62,378 bases of DNA from a virus (taxonomy: Duplodnaviria; Caudoviricetes): positions 1-62,378 of IMG/VR virus record IMGVR_UViG_3300030106_004741; one strand, 5' to 3'. Below are positions 1 through 8,435 of the stretch, in pieces. Position 1 is the stretch's first letter. Each line of letters begins with the position of its first letter. The position numbers were made by a program, and so were the translations under genes. The notes beneath the pieces were generated by a model. That model was not told where the DNA came from, searched no databases, and saw nothing but the letters and a program-made list of their open reading frames with translations.

Positions 1-601
1 ATGGGTATTTATCTTGTGTGTTTCCACTACCTACATATTTTGCATTTCGTAGGTGTCTATTATAATTAGAATAACCTTTCTTTAATGTTCCATAAACTGC
101 AACTAAATTTTCTAATAATACATTATCTTTAGAATACCATACTCCATTTTTTCTAATCCATAAATCTTTGTTATATATTTGAAAGGTACGAGTACGAGTA
201 TTTATACTAACAAATCGGTGTTGATATTGTGACAACTCTTTTTTCCAAAGGTGTCTATTTATACCCCCCAACTTTTTTGCAAGAACTTTAGTGTCACATA
301 CATTATAATTACCCATTCCATGTATACTGCCATTCATCATTAATAACTCTTGTTTGTTGTTTCCACACACGAAAGGGTGTGTATTCTCTTTGTTCACTTT
401 ACCAATGGTTGCATATCGAAAGTGTGCAATATAGGGACGAGTGGTGTCTAATATATTATACTCTTTTGATTTGTGATATGATACTTCAAAGGTATCTAAC
501 CACACTATTCCCAATCCGTGAGGATTGATTTTACTTGAGGTTTTTAATACCTCTTTAGAAACTTTTTGTTGTTCCTTTTGTTTTACTATTATAATACACA
601 T
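1..601 (-). CDS. 5' part of an origin-spanning gene: class II glutamine amidotransferase (Ntn) domain running into a gamma-glutamylcyclotransferase domain; continues at 62278..61713 (388 aa total)
   Basis: Manual translation from ATG at 601: MCIIIVK...NPHGLG...AHFRYATIG...NTHPF...MNGSI (Cys2 nucleophile, GATase-II motifs), then VAVYGTLKKG (GGCT/AIG2 motif). The frame stays open across the circular junction. The ORF track missed it. Confidence 0.9.
   Translation of the reverse strand, partial: MCIIIVKQKEQQKVSKEVLKTSSKINPHGLGIVWLDTFEVSYHKSKEYNILDTTRPYIAHFRYATIGKVNKENTHPFVCGNNKQELLMMNGSIHGMGNYNVCDTKVLAKKLGGINRHLWKKELSQYQHRFVSINTRTRTFQIYNKDLWIRKNGVWYSKDNVLLENLVAVYGTLKKGYSNYNRHLRNAKYVGSGNTQDKYP
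3..100 (+). repeat. Terminal direct repeat (98 bp), identical to 62281..62378; circular-assembly overlap
   Basis: Direct comparison of both ends. Position 2 (t) vs 62280 (a) is a synonymous CCA/CCT difference in the spanning gene. Confidence 0.97.
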
Positions 602-707
602 TTTGTTTTGATTTTATGAGTAGAACATTTAATCTTTATGTTCAGAACTCGATTAATAATATACTAATATACGACAAGATTTAGACAATACCAAATATAA
701 CAGGTGT

Positions 708-742
708 AAAAAAAAAGAGAGGGTGGTAAGACACCCCCTCTC
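708..742 (-). terminator. Intrinsic terminator candidate
   Basis: gagaggg...ccctctc stem next to an A-tract on + (U-tract on -). Confidence 0.55.
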
Positions 743-1053
743 AAAATTGATTTATTATACCTATAAAGTTAGTCAGTATAATAAGGTTTAAATGAAATCT
801 TCAATTAAAAAGATATGTAAATATAAGTTAGTTTTATTTCTTGTGCAAATTATTTCTAATTTTTTTTTGATTGCCTCTAAAAAAAGAGAGAGAAACCTAC
901 TTTGCATTACCCCCATGCATTGTAAACTCCTCTCTCCACTTTATAAAAATGATTACACGAATATAATATATATATATAGAACTACCAAATTTATTTTAGT
1001 ATTCACTTTTTATTGTTCAATTTTTATAAAAACCTGCACAACAAATTTTCTAC

Positions 1054-1086
1054 CTGGGTCTGGACTGGGTCTGGACTGGGTCTGGA
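1054..1086 (+). repeat. 3 x 11-bp tandem repeat CTGGGTCTGGA
   Basis: Exact copies at 1054, 1065 and 1076; GC-rich in an AT-rich non-coding region. Confidence 0.95.
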
Positions 1087-1298
1087 GCGCACCGGGCCCT
1101 GGGATTTGTGCTTAACAGAGGTAGAGGATACTCCTTGCCTTAAAATTTTGCACCAAAATTTGTTTTTGTTTAAACAAAAACGAATTATTGTGTGAAGACA
1201 TTTGCAATTTTTTGTTTTCCATTGCACTGAAAACGAATTATAAAAATAGGCATTCTGGGTTTTTGGGTACAAATTTGTTTTTGTGGGTGTAAAAAAAT

Positions 1299-1316
1299 AG
1301 TGTCTTATAAGACACT
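1299..1316. promoter_or_regulatory. 18-bp perfect palindrome AGTGTCTTATAAGACACT (operator-like, copy 1 of 4)
   Basis: Perfect inverted repeat; near-identical copies at 3644, 49103 and 60509. Confidence 0.7.
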
Positions 1317-1437
1317 TTTGTTGGTAGTCATAAACTCTGACTACTTTGTTGGGTGTGTGTGGGTTTCGTGTGTGGGGTTTCGTGTCGTGTGTTGGGTGGT
1401 GTGTGTTGGGTGGTGTGGTGTTCGTTCATTAGAGGGC

Positions 1438-1462
1438 AAAAAAAAGGGGGACAAAGTCCCCC
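1438..1462 (-). terminator. Intrinsic terminator after the amidoligase gene
   Basis: ggggac-aaa-gtcccc hairpin with an A-tract on +. Confidence 0.75.
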
Positions 1463-1484
1463 AAATTTTCACAATCAACTCAAC

Positions 1485-2555
1485 TCAACTCGTGACATCT
1501 ATCCCTATCCTTTCTGCCCACTCTTGTTGTAATGGGACTAACCATTTACGAACTCGTGAAGATATCTCTCCTGTGTCAATAAACTTCTGAAAGTGTTTTG
1601 CATCGGTGTATACATCTTTAACTCGTTGTTCATCGTTTGGGAACATTCTCGACACTATCGGTTTTAACTTCTTCCAAAGTTTTGCAAAACTTCTATTCTC
1701 TATGTTATTATCATCGATGATATGGTTTATCAACTCGTAAAAGAACTCGTATCTCCTTATCATCTCTTTGACACTCTTAAATCTCGGTACAACTCTAAAC
1801 TCAATTAAATCTCGTTGTCCTCTTCTACTCGGTTTAATTAAACAAAATTGATACTTTGAGTGAACACTCTCTACTCTCCTCAACTGTTCTTCTCTATTTA
1901 TCCACCTTTGATATTGTCTAGGTGGTTGAAATTGAAATGGAGTGTCGGAGTTCATTCGTAAATTATAATTACAGTAGTTGTTTGATAATCTTTTACGATA
2001 TAAACTCATCACAAAACCACTAAACAAACGAACTCGTTTATTTAACTCTGTCCCACTCATTCCCACAACTCCAATAGTGGTGTGTCCTCCACATGTTCTG
2101 TCGGAGGGAGAATATCTATCGTCTATTAAACTCTCGGCATCTTTCATTAGAGAGAATACCTTATTTCTCCATCTACCTCTCGGAATTAATGGGAGTATAT
2201 TTGACACTCCCTCTGTTTCACAAGAACTATCTCTTTCGAGTTTGTTAAAAAATATGGTTTCTTTCACTACACTATCAACTCTAGTGAATAACTCGGCATT
2301 GTCGATACATTCTCGTGCAAAACCTAACTTCTCCACCTCAAAACCTACTGATACTCTTGAAATATATCCCCTTTCTCTGTCTTTTATGATATGTTTGTTA
2401 ATATCCTTTGTTGTCATTCCGTTTAAGTCCTCTCGGTGTAGAGAATTATTTAGAAATCTAGGGGAAGGGGCATTTGATGATTGGTAAGGGAATATCCTCC
2501 CTCTTCTCCTCTCGTTTAATAATTGGTATTTAATACCTGTTTTTAATCTGTTCAT
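1485..2555 (-). CDS. Putative amidoligase (COOH-NH2 ligase, glutamate-cysteine ligase/GS fold)
   Basis: Motifs VGFEVE, CGGHTTIG, KY and IEFR; adjacent to a GATase-II/GGCT gene, as is typical for this family. Confidence 0.8.
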   Translation of the reverse strand: MNRLKTGIKYQLLNERRRGRIFPYQSSNAPSPRFLNNSLHREDLNGMTTKDINKHIIKDRERGYISRVSVGFEVEKLGFARECIDNAELFTRVDSVVKETIFFNKLERDSSCETEGVSNILPLIPRGRWRNKVFSLMKDAESLIDDRYSPSDRTCGGHTTIGVVGMSGTELNKRVRLFSGFVMSLYRKRLSNNYCNYNLRMNSDTPFQFQPPRQYQRWINREEQLRRVESVHSKYQFCLIKPSRRGQRDLIEFRVVPRFKSVKEMIRRYEFFYELINHIIDDNNIENRSFAKLWKKLKPIVSRMFPNDEQRVKDVYTDAKHFQKFIDTGEISSRVRKWLVPLQQEWAERIGIDVTS

Positions 2556-2577
2556 TTTTATAAATTTTAATTGATTA

Positions 2578-2751
2578 TTATTTATTTCTATTTATTACAA
2601 TACGATACACTAGTGCAAACAGTACAAACAATGTGTAAAAAAACAATGTATTCCATTGTCCTGTTTTCCAAAAGTATATATGTACTATAAACGAGGCACA
2701 GATACAGATTATCATTGCCCATTTTATAAATTTTAATTGATTATTGTTCAT
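2578..2751 (-). CDS. Small two-TM membrane protein (57 aa; start reassigned to MNNNQLKF)
   Basis: Two hydrophobic segments; ATG preceded by the same AT-rich leader as neighbouring genes. Confidence 0.7.
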   Translation of the reverse strand: MNNNQLKFIKWAMIICICASFIVHIYFWKTGQWNTLFFYTLFVLFALVYRIVINRNK

Positions 2752-2779
2752 TTTTATAAATTTTAAATTAATACTTGAC

Positions 2780-3406
2780 TTATTGATTGTTAGATATTGG
2801 TGGGTATTCATTGTTAGATAAATACTCGGCAAACTTCTCCATAACTTTTTGAACTTCATCGTTTGTCATATCTGTTTTAAATTCTCCATTGACTATTTTA
2901 AAGGACTTTGAAGAGATATCAAACTTCATCTTAACTGATAGTGTGGTTTCTGTTCTCGGTGTCATCGGTGTTTCTTCTCCATTTCCCTCAGTATTCAACT
3001 CTTTAACGAACTTCAAACAATTTTCAACACTTCTGACTATCGGTGTCCCCTCTTCTTTTAATCTGTTTACTTCTCTGTTAAATTTGTTGATTGTAGTTGT
3101 CGGGGTGTTCCCTATTTTTACCATTTTATAGAAAAAACTTTTATTCCACCCGAAAATCTTTTGAGAAAAGTCCTCGACACTCCACGAAATTCCCTCTTCC
3201 TCGAATACTTCTTTACATCTATCTGACTTGAAATACTTAAATGATTTTAAAACTAACTTTGACATCTTTACAGATGTATCGAACTTGGTTGAATTACTCT
3301 CATCAATAATGGTTTGTAAATCTGTGATTTGTGAGATTTGTAAACCTCTGGAGATTTGTGCATTCTCGTTAAAAAGCTGCACTTCATTTGACATTAAATT
3401 GTTCAT
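2780..3406 (-). CDS. Hypothetical early protein (first gene of the leftward unit; possible DNA-binding helical region)
   Basis: 208-aa ORF with typical composition; no family recognised. Confidence 0.75.
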   Translation of the reverse strand: MNNLMSNEVQLFNENAQISRGLQISQITDLQTIIDESNSTKFDTSVKMSKLVLKSFKYFKSDRCKEVFEEEGISWSVEDFSQKIFGWNKSFFYKMVKIGNTPTTTINKFNREVNRLKEEGTPIVRSVENCLKFVKELNTEGNGEETPMTPRTETTLSVKMKFDISSKSFKIVNGEFKTDMTNDEVQKVMEKFAEYLSNNEYPPISNNQ

Positions 3407-3643
3407 TTTTATAAACTTTTATGAAAGGTGTTATCCTCTCTGATTAATAATAGTATAAATATCGTTTAATTTGTGTTTATAACCAAACAAAAACGAACTT
3501 ATTATTGTCTTTTGTGTTTCTTTAGTATATCATCTGTCTAACTATCTGTTAGTCAAAAGATTATTTTATATCATTTCCCTATGATATATTAACTCTATTT
3601 TCCTTTCGGAGAGGTGTTGTCCTTTATCTCTGTATGAGTATAA

Positions 3644-3661
3644 AGTGTCTTACAAGACACT
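3644..3661. promoter_or_regulatory. Palindrome copy 2, AGTGTCTTACAAGACACT
   Basis: One central difference from copy 1; lies in the divergent intergenic region. Confidence 0.7.
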
Positions 3662-3955
3662 CTCTAGAGGGCAATAAGGGGAGGAGAGGGGAGTATTCTA
3701 TTCAATAGAGGGGAGAGGAGGGGACATATAGAGGGACATTCCTCTGTCTGTGTAGGTTAGTTATTACATCTGTTGATACACCTATACAAAACCTCAAAAA
3801 ATTGACACATCACAATTAAAAACAACACCCCCCCACCAAAAAAACACATCGTTTTCGATAGGGGTATGTCACTCGTGATATGGTATATAACCCAAACACT
3901 CTGTATATCTAATAAAATTTTGTATCTTTACATTTTAAAGAAAATAATTATCAAC

Positions 3956-4249
3956 ATGAAGACATCTGCATTAAGAAAAAAGAATAAAAAAACGAGGGAA
4001 GAAAAGTTAAAAGACAAACTCAATACTCTTAATAAAGAAACTCGTTTAAAAAAGGCGGGTAAGATAATTGGTAGAGCTGAAAACAAAATAGACAGAAAGA
4101 AAGATGGCACTAATCGGTATGATAAGTCTAATAAAAAAATTGTTGATAAAGCTAACAAGAAACTTAAGAGGTTAGAAAAGAGAATGGATAAAAAAGAAGC
4201 TAGAATTAAGAAAAGACTTAAAAGAACTATAAAAAGAAATAAGAAATGA
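3956..4249 (+). CDS. Lys/Arg-rich basic protein (start reassigned to MKTSALRK)
   Basis: In-frame ATG at 3956 downstream of a TATCTTTA promoter-like box; extremely K/R-rich. Confidence 0.75.
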   Translation: MKTSALRKKNKKTREEKLKDKLNTLNKETRLKKAGKIIGRAENKIDRKKDGTNRYDKSNKKIVDKANKKLKRLEKRMDKKEARIKKRLKRTIKRNKK

Positions 4250-4923
4250 AAACGGTTGCAGCTAGAAAAGCAGAAAAATTAAGACGAGAAAAGGAAAGAC
4301 AAAAAAGAAAAGAAGCTCGCCAGGAAAAGAGGGCTTTAAAAATGGAAGCTCGTAAAGATGCTAAAGTCAAAAAGGTTAAAAGTAGAGTAGAGAGTGGAAG
4401 AATAACTGCATCCAAAGGAAAGAAGAAGGTTGAGAAAATAAAACAAAGAAAAGAAAATCGTTCTTCAAGAATAAGAAAGGAGAAATATAAAAAAGGAGAA
4501 GGAACAAGAACGAAAACATACAAGAATCCTATTACAGGAAGAACTCGTACAGTTACTAAGTCTAGAGATAAAGACGGTAAGAAAAGAAAGAATGTTACAG
4601 TTGCACAAAGAAAAGGTGCAATGAACACTCAAGAGGTAGTTAGAAAAACTAAGTTTAAGTCTGGAGATATAGATAAGACTAAAAAGAAAAAGAAAATAGA
4701 TAAGTATGGGTATACTGAAAAGACAGTAAAAACTCGTGCTAAAAAAGATGGAGGTGTAGGAGGAAGAAAGAAGACAGAAACAAGAAAGAGATATCGTGAT
4801 GATAAGACTTTAAAAAGAAAGACTAAAACAGTAGAGTACGGAAGACGAGATAAAAAAACAGGAAAAAGAAAAACTAGAGAAGTAATAGTTATGGGTAAAA
4901 AAGGTGGATATGTAGATGCATAA
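4246..4923 (+). CDS. Lys/Arg-rich, protamine/histone-H1-like basic protein (MKTVAARK)
   Basis: 225 aa dominated by K/R/T; start overlaps the upstream stop. Confidence 0.8.
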   Translation: MKTVAARKAEKLRREKERQKRKEARQEKRALKMEARKDAKVKKVKSRVESGRITASKGKKKVEKIKQRKENRSSRIRKEKYKKGEGTRTKTYKNPITGRTRTVTKSRDKDGKKRKNVTVAQRKGAMNTQEVVRKTKFKSGDIDKTKKKKKIDKYGYTEKTVKTRAKKDGGVGGRKKTETRKRYRDDKTLKRKTKTVEYGRRDKKTGKRKTREVIVMGKKGGYVDA

Positions 4924-4926
4924 ATT

Positions 4927-5214
4927 ATGAAGACAGTTAATTTAAGAAAACAATATACAACTCCATTTAAACAACAACCTGAACGGTTTGTTAACACACA
5001 ACCTGTAATGCCTACTACTCCTGTTGCACCTGTTAGTGTTCCCACAACAACACAACAACCGGTACAACCTGTAGAACCTACAGAGAACACTGACACAGTT
5101 GTAAACAATAATGTTAAAACAGGAATGCAAAATAACATTAACACACAAAGTAACCCTACGGCAGTAAATGTACCTGCACCGAAGGAAAGTTTAACTAATA
5201 AAAAAATGACATAA
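4927..5214 (+). CDS. Low-complexity P/T/Q/N-rich protein (MKTVNLRK)
   Basis: Operon-like spacing; shares the N-terminal motif of its neighbours. Confidence 0.7.
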   Translation: MKTVNLRKQYTTPFKQQPERFVNTQPVMPTTPVAPVSVPTTTQQPVQPVEPTENTDTVVNNNVKTGMQNNINTQSNPTAVNVPAPKESLTNKKMT

Positions 5215-5216
5215 TT

Positions 5217-5429
5217 ATGGAATACGATGGCTTAGAAGTTCGTAATGGACGATTAATAAATAACAGACCTCAGTCTGAAATGGGAATTGACATGGCTTGT
5301 AGACTTCGTGCTAAAATGAAAGGCGCAAAGTTAGTACAACAAATTGCCGATGGAATAGAATTATCTGAAGAAAGAAAAAGAATGCAAGAAATTTTTGGAC
5401 CTATTCCTACAGATTTCTTTAAGAAATAA
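5217..5429 (+). CDS. Hypothetical protein
   Basis: 70-aa ORF tightly coupled to the upstream gene and followed by a hairpin. Confidence 0.75.
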   Translation: MEYDGLEVRNGRLINNRPQSEMGIDMACRLRAKMKGAKLVQQIADGIELSEERKRMQEIFGPIPTDFFKK

Positions 5430-5456
5430 ACAACCCTTTTTGTTTTGATGTGGATT

Positions 5457-5482
5457 AGGGGGCTTATGTCCCCTTTTCTTTT
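5457..5482. terminator. Terminator between convergent genes
   Basis: agggggc-ttat-gtcccct hairpin followed by a T-tract. Confidence 0.65.
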
Positions 5483-5649
5483 TAATATGGAGAAGGCATC
5501 TTTACTCCAGCACCTTTCAAATCTTCTACACTTCCTATTACATAATGTTGATTGTCTGACATATATAAATCAAAGATATATGAATAGTCTTTATTAAGTC
5601 TATCATATTCTTCTTTAGATATCTTTATTATCTTTTTATATTCAGGCAT
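5482..5649 (-). CDS. Unannotated 55-aa protein MPEYKKIIKISKEEYDRLNKDYSYIFDLYMSDNQHYVIGSVEDLKGAGVKMPSPY
   Basis: Manual translation; TATCTTT(A/G) boxes upstream on - (about 5663-5670 and 5722-5729); ends at the hairpin. Confidence 0.6.
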   Translation of the reverse strand: MPEYKKIIKISKEEYDRLNKDYSYIFDLYMSDNQHYVIGSVEDLKGAGVKMPSPY

Positions 5650-5771
5650 TATACTGCTAAGATAAAGATAATTATCATAAGTAAAATATACAGGTATTTA
5701 GTTATATCTATTTTCATATAACAAAGATAACACTTCTAATGTTAAGGCAATGTTAATTATCGACACTAACT

Positions 5772-5837
5772 ATGTCGTTTTTATGTCGATTTTAACTACT
5801 TAACTAACTGATAGTCAGAACTAGTGTCGAAAATGTC
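5772..5837. repeat. TGTC-phased element copy A (origin/iteron-like)
   Basis: Ungapped match (50/66 by hand) to 55360..55425. Confidence 0.7.
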
Positions 5838-5922
5838 AGAAAATGTTTCAAAATTTTATACGATGATTTTATATAATAGGGGTATATATATATATATAAA
5901 TAGGAGGTTGTAAAAAATATCA

Positions 5923-5930
5923 TATCTTTG
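5923..5930 (+). promoter_or_regulatory. Bacteroidota sigma-A -7 promoter box (TAnnTTTG); same box at 6248, 8843, 9583, 15502, 21020, 23531, 26972, 28167, 37374 (+) and 51475-51482 (-)
   Basis: TATCTTTG/TAACTTTG/TATATTTG recur shortly upstream of gene starts and match the established Bacteroidota primary-sigma consensus. Confidence 0.8.
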
Positions 5931-5934
5931 TAAC

Positions 5935-6327
5935 ATGACATTTGATATTAGAACAAACGAAGAGAATCAATACTTGGCTTTAACGACACTATATAATCAA
6001 CAACTATATATAGAGTCTAAACTTGTAAAAGAAGAAAATAGAGATAAAGAGTATATTAAGGTATTAGAAGAAAGATTAGCTATGCCCTCTGATTTAACTA
6101 TTGACCAATATCTAAAAGACTTTAAACAATACTCAAAACTAGAGTATAACCAAAAACACCCTGAAGAATATTTTGAACAAAAGGTAAAAGACATTTTTGA
6201 GTTTCCTGGAAAAAGGATTGTATTAAAATTAAAAACAGAAAAATTTGTATATTTGTCGCAAGAATTTAGTACATTTGATAAACTGCAAGAGTTTATAGCT
6301 TTAGTAGTTACAACAAAAAAACATTAA
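5935..6327 (+). CDS. Hypothetical protein
   Basis: 130-aa ORF with its own promoter box. Confidence 0.7.
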   Translation: MTFDIRTNEENQYLALTTLYNQQLYIESKLVKEENRDKEYIKVLEERLAMPSDLTIDQYLKDFKQYSKLEYNQKHPEEYFEQKVKDIFEFPGKRIVLKLKTEKFVYLSQEFSTFDKLQEFIALVVTTKKH

Positions 6328-6343
6328 AATAAAATAAAATAAA

Positions 6344-7957
6344 ATGAATCAATCAAACGGGTACTCCCCTAAAGAACTATTCTTCGGTTCTAATGGAAGG
6401 GAAAAATTAATTAAAGGAATAGACAAGTTATCTAATGCGGTAAAAAGCACACTCGGACCACGAGGTAATACAGTGCTTATAGAATCTCCTGAACACACAC
6501 ATGGAATTACTGTAACTAAAGACGGTGTAACCGTAGCAAAGTCTGTTTCGTTAATAGACCCTGTTGAAAACCTCGCGGTTAGAATGATGAAAGAAGCGGC
6601 AGAAAGAACAGCCACTAGTGCGGGTGACGGAACAACTACGGCAATAGTATTGACTGAGGCAGTGGTAAAAGCTGCATTAAACACTATACAACCTAAAGAC
6701 AATAAAACGGAAATACTTCGTGAGTTGGTAGAGGGTACTAAAGAGGTGGTTAAGTATTTAAAGAAAGAGGGAGTAAAGATTGCACCATCTACTTTAAAAG
6801 ATGTAGCAACTATATCTGCTAACAACGATTCTTTTATTGGAGATATTATATCTAAAGTTCATAATGAGGTTGGGGAGAATGGAATTGTAACGGTAGAAAA
6901 ATCTCAAACAGCAGAAACTTATTATGAAACCACAAAGGGAGTTAAGATAGATAGAGGATATACAAGTCCTTTATTTGTTAATAACCAAAAGAAAGATGAA
7001 TGTATATTAGAAGATGTGCATATATTAGTTTCAGATGCAGAAATAAATAATATATTAAACATTGAAAATATATTAAAACCAATTATCCAAGAGGGGAAAA
7101 AACTTTTACTTATATGTCCTTGTTCAAATAATGTAATAAATACATTGTCCGCTAATGTAATGAAAAGGAGTTTAAAAGTATGTAATATACCCCCACCCTC
7201 TTTTGGATATAAACAACACGAATTAATGCAAGACATAGCTCTTTCTGTAGGTGCAACATATTTCTCTGAAAAGACGGGAGATGATTTGAGCATCATAAAC
7301 TTCTCCGATTTAGGGAGGGCGTCCAAGGTGATAGTTGGTCGGGACTCTACAATCATTCTCTCGTCAGAGAAAACTGAAGAACATCACAATCTTATAGACA
7401 CTCGTGTTTCTGAATTAAAAGAAGCCCATAAGATGGCAACTAAAAAGGGTGATAAAGAATTTATACTATCTCGTATTGCATCTTTAACAGGAGGGATAGG
7501 AGTTATATATGTGGGAGGAAACACTGACCTTGAGCAAAAGGAATTATATGATAGGGTAGATGATGCTGTATGTGCAGTTCGTTCTGCACTTGTAGAAGGA
7601 ATTTTACCAGGAGCAGGGTTAGCTTTATATAATTTTACATATAACATGAAGGAATATGAGAGTTATTCTGAGTCTAAAAAAATTGCTTACGCAATTTTAA
7701 CTAAAGCTCTTAATGCTCCTTTAAACCAAATACTTAAAAATGCAGGACTTAAATCTGAAAAGATTTATAATACAGGATTTAAAAAGGGAATAGGATATGA
7801 TGTGAAAAATGGAGAAATTGGAAATCTTATTAAATTAGGGGTAATAGACCCTGTAAAGGTAACTAGAACAGCATTGCAAAATGCTGTGTCAGTTGCAGTA
7901 ACTATTTTAAGTACGGATGCTATTATTACAATGGCACGTTCATACGAAACTAACTAA
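6344..7957 (+). CDS. groEL: Chaperonin GroEL (Cpn60)
   Basis: TLGPRG, TKDGVTVAK, GDGTTTA and GVIDP motifs; 537 aa. Confidence 0.97.
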   Translation: MNQSNGYSPKELFFGSNGREKLIKGIDKLSNAVKSTLGPRGNTVLIESPEHTHGITVTKDGVTVAKSVSLIDPVENLAVRMMKEAAERTATSAGDGTTTAIVLTEAVVKAALNTIQPKDNKTEILRELVEGTKEVVKYLKKEGVKIAPSTLKDVATISANNDSFIGDIISKVHNEVGENGIVTVEKSQTAETYYETTKGVKIDRGYTSPLFVNNQKKDECILEDVHILVSDAEINNILNIENILKPIIQEGKKLLLICPCSNNVINTLSANVMKRSLKVCNIPPPSFGYKQHELMQDIALSVGATYFSEKTGDDLSIINFSDLGRASKVIVGRDSTIILSSEKTEEHHNLIDTRVSELKEAHKMATKKGDKEFILSRIASLTGGIGVIYVGGNTDLEQKELYDRVDDAVCAVRSALVEGILPGAGLALYNFTYNMKEYESYSESKKIAYAILTKALNAPLNQILKNAGLKSEKIYNTGFKKGIGYDVKNGEIGNLIKLGVIDPVKVTRTALQNAVSVAVTILSTDAIITMARSYETN

Positions 7958-7968
7958 TTATTTATACT

Positions 7969-8181
7969 ATGACAGAGAAAATTTTGAATACGTTTTTTTA
8001 TGGGTTCTTACCTATAAAATTTAGAAGATTATTAAGAAGTGTATTATTGGCTATCCTTATAGGGAGTTGGTTAATAAACGGTTTTACTTTAGCAGAGGTT
8101 ATAACTTTTGGAATTGCTTTTGTATTTATTGCAGGAGGAATAAGTTATGTGTTAGAACCATTCTTTAAAAAGATAAAATGA
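7969..8181 (+). CDS. Small two-TM membrane protein inserted between groEL and groES
   Basis: Two hydrophobic helices; coupled to groES. Confidence 0.7.
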   Translation: MTEKILNTFFYGFLPIKFRRLLRSVLLAILIGSWLINGFTLAEVITFGIAFVFIAGGISYVLEPFFKKIK

Positions 8182-8435
8182 AACCAATAGGTAAACACAT
8201 TATAATCAAACCCATTGATGAAGAAATTGTTTCTAAATCAGGGTTAGTTTTATCTGCAGACGATACTAGTAAATTACGTTATCGTAAAGGAACTGTTATT
8301 GCTGTAGGAACTGATGTGGGTGTAATCAACAAAGATAATACAATTTATTATAATAAAATATCAGGATATACAATGTTAATAGGAGATGAACCCTATACTG
8401 TTATTCTTGAGAAAGATGTCGTTGTTGTCTTATAA
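8178..8435 (+). CDS. groES: Co-chaperonin GroES (Cpn10)
   Basis: MKPIG..IIIKP, SKSGLVL mobile loop, GTVIAVG. Confidence 0.92.
   Translation: MKPIGKHIIIKPIDEEIVSKSGLVLSADDTSKLRYRKGTVIAVGTDVGVINKDNTIYYNKISGYTMLIGDEPYTVILEKDVVVVL

Noticed and set aside
3-100. Terminal repeat as a biological direct terminal repeat
   Set aside because: It lies in the middle of a gene and has k-mer-like length, so it is best explained as a circular assembly overlap.
1054-1430. CRISPR array
   Set aside because: Repeats are short and tandem, with no unique spacers and no cas genes.
792-1590. ORFs 792..1115, 1013..1195, 1024..1272 and 1300..1590
   Set aside because: They run through repeats and low-complexity DNA, overlap each other and have implausible composition.
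3928-5148. Hydrophobic F/L-rich minus-strand ORFs (also 8829..9182 and 9223..9435)
   Set aside because: They are antisense shadows of Lys-rich (AAA) genes, not membrane proteins.
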